Source: Azolla caroliniana (Eukaryota; Plantae; Polypodiophyta). Taken from it: 64,000 nt of DNA. The DNA lies in assembly GCA_043228905.1 (NCBI GenBank), contig JBHGNT010000004.1, forward strand, positions 9,672,001 to 9,736,000, written 5' to 3'. Under the pieces are notes generated by a model. It saw nothing but the letters and a program-made list of their open reading frames with translations, searched no databases and was not told the origin of the DNA. Positions 41,517 through 51,904 of the stretch are shown one piece after another; the stretch's first letter is position 1, and each line of letters opens with the position of its first letter. A program made the translations under genes and the position numbers.

Positions 41517-43465
41517 ATGATGGAGTTTCTGAGAGAAGGGAAAAGAAGAAATGAAGCCCAACAAGCCGTCGACAAGGTAGTCGAACGAATGAGCTATTTC
41601 AACGGTGCCGAAGTCCAAAGTTTCCTAAAAGTCTACAATGTGGAGATGGATTCAAGAGGTGTGGACAAAGCTATGAGGCTAGAGTACTTTTGTCGGGTGG
41701 TGTCTCAACCGATCTTCAAAGATGTAAAAGAGCTTCTAGAAGCTCATGATTCGTGGGCGACTTTCGAGAAGGCTCTATTGGAGGAATATGGCTATGAGAG
41801 ACTGAAGGGACGAGATCGACGCAACTTCGACCAATGGGTGACATCAGCGAAGACCCACCAAGGTGCGACACAAGCATTCGTAGACTTCGAGCATCATTTT
41901 TCTCAATTGTTGGAGCGGGAACAAAGATTGGTGGGGGTCGATAAGGTCCTTATGTTCGTGAAGTCAATCGATCGAATGGAAAGGATAGCGATCGGCCTCA
42001 AACTCGAAGAAGATGATGGTGCAAATGGCCTCATCGAGGATTGGACCAAAGTGGAAAGTGTATGCCGACTACACGATAAGGGGAAAGCGAGAATATCGAC
42101 GACAACAAGACGGCCCATGAGGGACGATCGAAGAGGGACCAGATGCAACAACGCGCCACCAACAAAAGAAATGAAGCTTAGAAGGGAGACAAAACCGAGG
42201 CGAATGGTGATCGAGGAAGAAGAGACCTCCCAACAAATGCGGGTTAATGAAGTGGCCGATACAAAGGCTCTGGTTCGGTATGACGGTACCGAGAGAGAAG
42301 GTGTGAAACAAGTCACCTTCTTGTCTTACAAAGAAACGACGGCGAAGGAGGAGGCCGATGACTCGAGGACGGCGAACGCCACTTCGAGGGAGGATAAATG
42401 TTTCGGAACACGCATTGTGTACGAAACATCGGGTGATGACGGTGCAAGCATGAGAAAAGCATGCATGATCGAGGGAGAAAAAGTGTTTGAGTCTGAAGAG
42501 ATTGAGGAGGTAGCCATGACAAACGACATCGAGTCGGAGGTGGCTATGGACGAGTCGACAACGGATAGCCATGTCAAGACTTCTCCACGATTGTTCCAGA
42601 GACTTCGGCGGTTGCGCCCGTGTGCCAACGTGAGACCGGAGAGACGGAAGGTGGTGACGGGAAGATAAAGGCCCAACACAAAGAGGAAGAAGATCGAGGA
42701 AGAAAGGATATCCCCACACCTATTCTAGAGACTTCGGCGGTTGTGCACGTGCGCCAACGTGAGACCGGAGAGACAGAATGTGTGGACAAAAAAGAGGACG
42801 ACCGGAAGGGCGATGAAGAAGACAAGGTAAATGTAAATGAACGAAGGGATTCCTTCACACTGGTTCCGGAGACTTCGGCAGTCGAGACCGTGTGTCGACA
42901 TAAGACCGAAGATAAAGGAGGTGGCGAAGAGGAGACAATATGGCTCGAGGCGAGCATACACGGAGGGAAGGATATGGCCGACGTGGAGGCCAAGGATGAA
43001 GCTACGGTTGAGTTCGATGGAGAGGTTGCATGCGGGAAGGAAGGAAGAGTCGAGAACCGGTTGAACCGGAAGATGATCCGGCCGGGATTCCGACCCGAAC
43101 GAAGGAAGATCCACATGGGAGCCGATCGACCGGGGCCGACCCGGCCGAAACCTGATTCGGCAAAAATCGATCGGACGATTCCGATCCAAAAGGGGGCCGA
43201 CCCAGCCAGAATCAATCGGTCGAGCCCGACTCGGGGAAATGTGAATGCAGACGAAGGCCAACCAAGCCAAGAAGCGATCGGTGGAGACCGATCCGGACAA
43301 GGGCAAACCCAGCCTAATCGGAGATCGACACGAACGATCTACAATACCCAGTTGAAGACGGTGAGCGTGAGGAGTGGCCAGGAGTCCAATCGAAGGACAC
43401 GCGCCGTGGACGAAGGAAGAGCGGTCGTATCGATCTACTACAACCGATCGGGGAAGAAGGTGTGA
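41517..43465 (+). pseudogene. Gag plus low-complexity extension, unit 1 (one frameshift near 42590-42620)
   Basis: ORFs 41517-42668 and 42620-43465; FNGAEVQSFLKVY gag-like N-terminus. Confidence 0.8.
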
Positions 43466-44333
43466 GCACCGGATATGGTGGATCGGGTGGCTACGGTGGT
43501 TCGGTTGGAAAGATTGCGCATACTCGAAGTGGAAGACGAAGTCGACGAGCGTGTAGAGGAACTCGGTTGATCACCGTTGCCAAAGATCTCACCTCTTCAC
43601 CTTTCTCGGCACATACCGGAGGATGTGCGGGTTTGGTGGGGGTGGATGTCGTGACGATTTTTGGCTACGGTGTGAAACCGAGTGAGACGAATAAACCAAG
43701 GATGTGCAACATTGCACATACACTTAGCAAATAAGCCTCCTAAGGCCTAGTGGCACTTGAGTTCATACAGAGGGGTGCAAGCAAGGATTGAACCTTGCAC
43801 CTCTAAGATACAAGATAATTGCATTACCACTAGGACAACTATCATATAGTGTAGATTTTATGTATTTCATTTTCATATACAAATTATAGACGAAACAACC
43901 ATAGAAAACCATGTGCACAAAACCATGGTTTTAAACCCATGGTTTGTGCATGACATAAGCAAAACCGTGTGCACAAAACCATGGTTTTAGCCCATGGTTA
44001 TGTGCATGTCACGAGCATGGAAAGACCTATAAAAGCCTCTAGTTGGGCTTGTGTAAGGGGGGCTCAATATGTGATATCACCAACACCATTATCATCAATA
44101 TAATTATATTCGTCTTTATCTTCTTCATATTTTTCTACTTCTCAAGTGTACAATCTTTCTTCTTCTCAAGTAAACCAATTTCATCTAATCTTTCATTGAT
44201 CATCATCTAGCGTCGATAATTCCGCGAACGTCCTCCCCAGTCCAAGACCCCGGTGGTCGCTCGAGTAGCACACGCACGCGCGAATCTTCGCGACATCATT
44301 TGGTGAACCCGACGTGAAGAGCGGTAGGCAAGG

Positions 44334-46681
44334 ATGAAGCTGGACGAGGAATATCTAATGAAGGCAATGTCAAAGATGATGATAGAGTTTTCAAGAGAAG
44401 GGAAAACACGACATGCGGCCCAACAAGCCGTCGAAAGCATGATCAAGCGAGTCGGGTTTTTCGATGGAGGCAAAGTCCAAAAATTTCTAAAGGCCTACAA
44501 TGCCGAAATGGATTCAAGAGGAGTGGAGGAAACAATGAGGCTGGAGTATTTTGTCAAGTGGTGGCCGAACCGATCTTCGAAGAGATTAAAGAGATTCAAA
44601 AAACTCACGATTCGTGGGTGTCCTTCAAAGAAGCTTTACAAGAATCATATGGTTACGAACAGCAAAAGAGACGAGGTCTGTATGAGTTTCACGAATGGGT
44701 GTCATCGAGAAAGACCCACCAGAGTGCTATGCATGCATTCGTTGAGTTTGAGTATCGCTTCGCTCAACTCTCGGACCGGGATCGAAGATTGGTGGGGGTG
44801 AATAAAGTTTTGATGTTTGTAAAGTCAATCGATCGGAATGAAAGGAAGGCCATTGGAATCCAACTCGAGGATGACAATGGTGAAAATGGCCTCACTGAGG
44901 ATTGGGCCAAAGTGGAAAGGGTATGCCGACAACACGATAAGAGGGAGATGAGACTCTCATCGACAACAACACGACCCACAAGGGATGTTCAAAGGAGAAT
45001 GGGATGTGGCAATAAAAACCCACTGAAGGAAGAAAGCTCGAAGAGGGAAACTTCAAAAGAACTCAACATAGAAGACTTGATGAGAGAGGCATTAATGAAC
45101 TTAAAGGCACAAGTCGAGGTTGAAGAGAAGCTGAAAACAAAACCGAGGAAAATGGTGATCGACGAAGAGAAGACCTCCCGACAAATGCAGACTAATGGTG
45201 CGGCCAATACGAAGGCCCAGGTTTGGTATGACAGTACCATGGGAGAAGGTGTGAAACAAGCCACCTTCTCGACTTATGGAGGAACGACGGTCGAGAGAAG
45301 GGCCGAAGACTCGAGAGCGGGAAATGCTGCTTTAAGAGTGGACGAGCATTTCAAAACACATGTTGTGTCCGAAATATCGAGTAATGAAGGTGCAAGCATG
45401 AGGGAAGCTTGCGTGATCAAGGGATGTAAAGAGTGCGAGGTCGACATGATTGAGGCGGTAGCCACGAGAAACGACATCAAGTCGCAGATGGCTAAGGAAG
45501 AGTTCACGGCGGATGACCGTGTCGAGACTTTCCCAACACTTGATCTAGAGACTTGGGCAGTTGCGTCCGAGAGCCAACATGAGACCCAAGAGACGGAAAG
45601 TGGTGGGGAAGAAAATATTGAAGACAATGCGAATAACAACATTGAGCGAAAGATGGCTACGGATGAGAAGACGGTGACCGATGGTGTCGAGGTTCTCCCC
45701 ACATTTCTTCCTGAGACTTCGGCAGTTGTGCCCAAGTGTCAACATGAGACCGGAGAAATGGAAGGTGACGGCAAGAAATCAAAGGACCAAAGTGGCAATG
45801 AGGACGATGACCACAGACGAAGGGATCCCTCCACACTAGTTCCGAAGACTTCGGCAGTTGTGCCCGAGAGCCAACATCAGACCGGAGAGATGGAAGGTGG
45901 CAGCGAGGAGATGAGGGTCGAAGCCGGCGCATACAAAGGAACGGGTGCCAACAAGGAGGCAAAAAACAAAGCTACAATAGAGTTCGATGAAGAGCCAAAG
46001 AGCGGCAAGAAAGGAAGAACCGGAATACAATCCGGATGGAAGATGACTCCGTTGGTATTCCGACCCGAACGGAAGCCGACCTGGACGAGAGTTGATCAAC
46101 CAGGCCCGACCCAACTGAAAACCGGACAGAAACTAACCCGAACGAAAGTCGATCATCTAAGTCCGATTCGGCCGAATGCGAATCCGAACGAAGGCCGACC
46201 AAGCCAGAAGTTGATTGGTCGAGACCAATCCCGACAGAAGTTGAGCCGGCCTAGACAGAGGTCGAAGCAAACGAGCCGCGACATCCAGTCGAGGCTGTTG
46301 AGCATAAGGAAAGGCAAGCATAAGACGAGAAAGGATGATAAAGGAAAGTTAAGTGACCAAGGAGATGGCCGAGATGAAGGTGGCACATGCACGAGGCATG
46401 AAGCGTTATGCTCGGGAGGAGCACAGAGAGCCATGACAACTAGACATGGCAATAAAAAAGGTGAGCGAATGATATGGTGGATCGGATGGCAACGGCAGTT
46501 TGAAGTAGACGACAAAAAGACGGTGCGGACGAGGCACAAGAAAGGAGGAAATCAAACACCAACCACCTTTGACCCTTCCACATCACTCTTTTCTTCTTGG
46601 CACATACCGGAGGATGTGCGGTTTGGTGGGGGTGGATGTCGTGATGTGGCATGTCTAGTGCGAGAAAAACTCAAAAATTGA
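44334..46681 (+). pseudogene. Gag plus low-complexity extension, unit 2 (frameshift near 44550)
   Basis: ORFs 44334-44801 and 44558-46681; the paralogue at 61922 has no such frameshift. Confidence 0.82.
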
Positions 46682-49600
46682 GGATCCACACACATTTCAC
46701 GAATACTTGTAAAAATGAAAATAAATAAACCTAGGTCACAATGGCATTGAGTGCATGTAGAGGGTTGCAAGTAGGATTTGAACCTTGCACCTCTACGGTA
46801 AGAGGCAATTACCTTACCACTAAAGCTACTACTAAGCGCTTTAGATGTTCTATATTTCTTTCTCATATTCAGTATTCCGTAGGAAACAAACGAACAAAAC
46901 CGTGTACACAAAACCACGGTTTTAAGCCCATGGTTTCCTGCATGTCACAAAGCAAAACTGTGTGTACAAAAACCATGGCTCCAAGCCCATGGTTTTTTGC
47001 ATGGACAAACCTATAAAACCCCTAGTACGGCTTGTGTAAGGGGGGGCTCAATATGATATGACCATCATCATCACCATCAATAATATAAGCTTCTATTTCT
47101 TCTTCTTCGCATCTATCTTGTAATTATTTATCTACTTCTGAAAGTGTACAATCTTCAATCTTCTCAAGTGTAATAGTTCTTCCTCCACTCTTACATTCAC
47201 ATCATCCTCTTCTCAATACCTTGACGGACATCCTCCTTGGTCCAAGACCCTGGTGGTCCCGCTCAAGCGAAGCACGCTCGCACGCGCATCTTCGCGACAA
47301 CGGGATATTATATCGTCATGCCCGTAACAACTGAGATCCGAGCTTTGCCTTTCTAGGGATAGGTTGTTGAGGCGCGCCATGATGTTAGTAGCAAAAGGGT
47401 CTGACGTGGTTTCTTGGGCAATCTCGTTGAGCAAGGAATCATCTTGCAACATATAGGTTGCGAACATGTGGAGTTGATCGGGCCGCAATAAACAATGTGA
47501 TTGCTGAGAATAAGTGTCGTCACCTGGGCGCAATGCGAAATTGGGTCGCCGAGAGAGAGCATCCGCTTTCCCATGTTGAACTCCGGGTCGAAACAAGATT
47601 TCAAAGTCGTAGTCGGCAAGAAAAGATGACCAGCGAGCCTGCCTCTGATTCAACGTACGAGTGGTGATGAAGTAGATGAGATTCTTGTGGTCAGTCACCA
47701 CCTGAATACGATGTTGGGCCCCAGCCAGATAGGGTTGCCATTCAACGAAGGCCGAGATGATAGTTGCAAGCTCCTTGTCGTAGATCGGATAGTTGATTTC
47801 CGGGGTTGTAAACTTCCGAGAGTAGAAGGCGACCGGATGTAAGGTGCCATCGTCATCAGGCTGGGACAAGACCGCACCTATGGCAAAGTCGGAGGCGTCG
47901 GTTTCAACCTGGAAAGGGCGAGTGGGGTCAGGGTGGACTAACAGGGGGTGGAGAGAAAAGTTGCTTTGAGGGCATTAAAAGCATTATGTGTTGCGGGGGT
48001 CCAAAGAAATGGAGTATCTTTCCCAGTAAGTTGGATGAGAGGTTGGACTAGGGAAGAGAACCTGTCTATAAATCGTCTATAAAAATTTGCAAAACCGAGA
48101 AACGATTGTACCTCTTTTAGCCAAGTAGGAAGAGGCCAATCAATGATTGCCACGACCTTGTGTTCATCCATTGTGATCCCTGTAGGTGAGATCATGTAAC
48201 CCAGGAATTCGACAGAGGTCCAATCAAATTCACATTTCTCACTTTTGGCGAAGAGCCCATATTCTCAGAGTTTGGTGAGAACTAGCCGGATGTGGTGTGT
48301 GTGCTCCTCCAAGTTGGAAGAAAAAACTAAGATGTTGTCAAGGTAGATGACCACGAAATGATCGAGATACTCTCGAAAAATATCATTCATCATGTGCTGG
48401 AAAACGGTCGGAGCATTGGTAAGGCCGAAAGGCATCACTTTTTACTTGAAATGTCCATAGCGCGTCCGAAAAGCCGTTTTCCACTCATCCCCAGGCTTAA
48501 TGCGCACCAAATTGTAGGCGCCCCGAAGGTCAATTTTGGAGAAGATATGCCCCGTTCAGAGTCGATCGAGGAGCGCTGGAATTAAGGGCAGGGGGTAACG
48601 ATTACGTACCGTAACTTTGTTGAGACCCTGATAATCCACACATAAGCGTAAGGAGCCGTCCTTTTTTTTTACAAATAAGATTGGTGCCCCAACCAGTGGT
48701 GCCCCAACCAGTGATTTGGAGGGTTGAATGAAGCCCTTTGCAAGATTCTCAGCCAAATATGTGTGGAGAGCCTCAAGTTTGGGTTCGGATAACCCATAGA
48801 TAGGACCAAATGGGGGATGCTTGCCAGGTTGGAGTTCGATTAGGCAATTGTAGGGACGATGAGCTTGTAACCGATTTGCATTCAGCTATTCGAAGATGTC
48901 GGAAAAGTCGTTATATCGGATGGGTAAATTGGTGACAAGAACGGTGACATTTCCCGACACAACGACCAGTGTAGCGGCCAAACCGGACTCGACCGTAACA
49001 GAATTAAGGGAGTGTCGTGACCGAGTAGGAATTGGCGTTCTTGGAAAAGTAATGGAATGGCTACACCAATCCACCGTCAGATTGTGTGCCTCCAACCAAG
49101 ATAGCCCCAACACAATCGGATTTCGGGGAGTCGCGATGAGGTAGAAAGTCAGTTCCTCCTTCTGTGCCCCGATTTGAAGTACCAACGGGATAGTGGCTTC
49201 GGTAACCGCCCCCTACGAGAGAACCTGGCCGTCAATCGCTTCAACGGATATGGGTTGTGATGTGCGGACAATGGGGATATTATGTGTGCATACAAAAGAT
49301 TTATCGATAAAGCAAGTAGATGCTCCGGAGTCGAGCAAGGCATGATAATGTATTGAAATCGAACCTAAACAAAGACTTACTTGCAAAGAAAACCCTCCTA
49401 ATGGCGGTACGGACTTGTAGGAGCATGAGAAGGTGAGTAACGGGAAGCGTCCAGCGGCATGGCTCCTACTGCAGCTGGACTTGGTCGTTTTCCTATTGTC
49501 GAGGAACCTCCGCAAGACGTGCACGATGGAATTCGTGTCGAGGGCCTCGCACAAGACAATGGCGGATGACATGGCCAGGGTTGCCACAATAGAGTCAAAG

Positions 49601-51158
49601 TCCATTGTCCCGACGATGTTGGCGTTGGGCTTCAGTTAGTGGTTGGAACCGAGCATGGTCGATCTCCATCGGGGTATGGGACTCGACCTCAATTGTGGTA
49701 TGGGTTTCACTGACTGATGGTAAGGTTGGCGTGGGCGACAAGTAGGGCCTGGCGATTGCTGCGTTCCGAGAAGAAGCCAGAGATCCGCGAGTCCCCCATT
49801 CTTCTTGACGAAGTTCAAAAAGACGATTGTCACACTGGACAGCTTGGGAGATTACTTGAGACAACGATGTGGGCTCTAGGAAGTTTAAGAGAAGAGTCTT
49901 GACATCATTTCGGAGACCGCGACGGAAATGGTCGCGTAGGGCTTGGTCATCCCAACTAACATCGCAGGCAATCTGGCGGAACTTTGAGCCGTAGACCGAG
50001 GCAGGACGTGAGCCTTGTTGGATAGAATAAAGCTTTGTGAGTGTTGTTCGTCAGCGATCTGTCTTGCCAAATGTCACTTCGAGCTCCTCAATGAAAGCGG
50101 TGAAGTCCTCCAAGAGAGGGGATGAGGTCTCGATCAAGGGTGCAAACCACGCTTGCGCTGGCCCAGAGAGAAGTGTGCCGACAAGCCCAACCCGAGAAAA
50201 GTCGCTAGCATACCGTTGGGGTTGTAATCGGATGATAAGCCGAATTTGGTTGATGAAGCCGCGAAGATACGCCCTCATGCCGTTGAATTTGTCAGGTAGG
50301 CTGATGGTTGGTTCGAGGACATATGGATGAGAAGAGGACGTGGTTGGGTTAGGTGTCGACGGTGGTTGTGACTCGGCGGCTACTGGATTTCTTCAAGTGC
50401 CAGATTGCAACTCTCGTAATGATTCCCGAAGGATTTCATTCTCTAACTGAAGTTGTTGCAAGGTTGCCATGATTTGGTTTAGGTTGTCGATGGAGTCAGA
50501 CATTGTAGCAAGAAAAGGAAGGTGAACAAATTGTCACGGACAAGTATAATAGAGTAGAACAAAGATAATACTAGAGAACAAGAGAAAGTAAAAGAACAAG
50601 AACTCAACTTATAGAACCTGTAACTTGTTTTGTTCACCTTGATTAGAATCAAGGTGCACATGAGTATTTATACAAGAAGGTAGGGCTATGTAAGCTAGCA
50701 AGAAATAAAGTATGCATGAGGATGCATGCACGCTAGAAAATGAGAATACATGCAAGCTAAAGTATGCTTGACTTTAGATTGAGAGAGATTAAGATTGAAC
50801 TCTTGACTTTACATTTGAAGAACAAGATTGATACATCAATTGGATATCGAATTTCTTACTTTTAATTTCTTAATTAATACATCAATTGGATAACGAAATT
50901 TCTTCTTAATATTAATTTTGATATAAAGTACAAAGCTCACTTTGATATTTTTCATCCACCCTTTTATAGATGCTCCCATGCATATGATGCATACAAGGGT
51001 ACAAGACATGCATACAATACATGGAATGCATGTGATGCATGTTTGTCATTTGGCGCTCATGCATCACATGTCACTCAATCGAGCTCTAATATGAGAATTT
51101 ACATGTAAATCTATAATGATAAAAATATAATCTCTAAAGAAATGACTTGGCTTAATGG

Positions 51159-51904
51159 TGTGAAAGTGTTTTTAGAATCTAAGCCATTGAACATTAGGAG
51201 AATATAAAGTATAGATAATTCACCTTTTGAGGATAAGAACACGAACTAAGACCTTAGGGAAGAAGTCAAAAGTAAAAGTACGAGACCAAGAGAAAAGTAA
51301 AAAGAGAAAACGCAGACTATAAAAAACAGTAAAAATAGAATGGTCATAACTCCCTCGTTGTTTATCCAAATATCACGTTTAAATATGGATTAGAAAGCTT
51401 GTAAAAAGAGCTTTCTATAGCTTTTTAAATCGCTTAATTTGGATATCGGATGAGGGAGATATGACGATTAGAAGGTTGATGTGTCATAGCTAAAAATAGG
51501 GAGATAAAAAGCTTCTAAAAATAGCATGAACGTGGATAAGAAGAGGAAGGTTATAAAAGAAGAAGGAATATTAGTGAGAAGGGCGAAGAGTGATAAAAAA
51601 AGAGTGGATGAGGAGTGTTAGGAAGAAGTGTCTTTGTGGAAGAGGAAGTGTCTTAGAAGAGGAAGGTCTTTGGTTTTAGTTCAATGTGGAGTTTGTCTCC
51701 TTTGTATTCTCTTGATGTTGGAATATCAGAATATTCTTATTTCTTGCTCGCTTTCTCTATCTTTTTTCTTAGTTTCTCGAGTTATACTCTCTAATCATAA
51801 TTACCTAGAGCTATATAATATATTATGATTTTCAACTCCATCTAATCGGTTTGGTCAAGCCCTCATATAGTGTATAACTATCTATTATCTTATACACCCT
51901 ATCA
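51159..51904. repeat. Solo LTR of an otherwise unrepresented family (746 bp, TG...CA, TSD AATGG)
   Basis: AATGG at 51154-51158 and 51905-51909; the empty site is visible in the paralogous LTR at 27589-27610. Confidence 0.88.

Larger units (their letters stand above)
40771..47299 (+). mobile_element. Tandem three-LTR dimer of tRNA-Trp-primed gag-only elements; LTRs 40771-41433, 43647-44295 and 46637-47299; TSD ACGG
   Basis: PBS at 41439-41455 and 44301-44317; PPT GGTGGGGGTGGA before LTR2 and LTR3; no pol motifs. Confidence 0.9.
40342..47329 (-). repeat. Solo LTR of family Y (TSD ACTGA), split by the dimer at 40771-47299
   Basis: ACTGA at 40337-40341 and 47330-47334; sequence matches the Y LTRs. 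Confidence 0.9.
31848..50765 (-). mobile_element. Chromovirus X (Tcn1-like, decayed): 3' LTR 31848-32220, chromodomain/IN 32240-32727, IN 39473-40341, RH-RT-PR-gag 47330-50500, truncated 5' LTR 50532-50765
   Basis: Matching LTRs; PPT next to 32220; EEYEVDWILDSR chromodomain; [17 protein letters not shown] and LLDSGAST motifs. Confidence 0.85.

Noticed and set aside
42591-42660. Hammerhead or other known ribozyme in the repeated hairpin
   Set aside because: No CUGANGA/GAAA core on either strand
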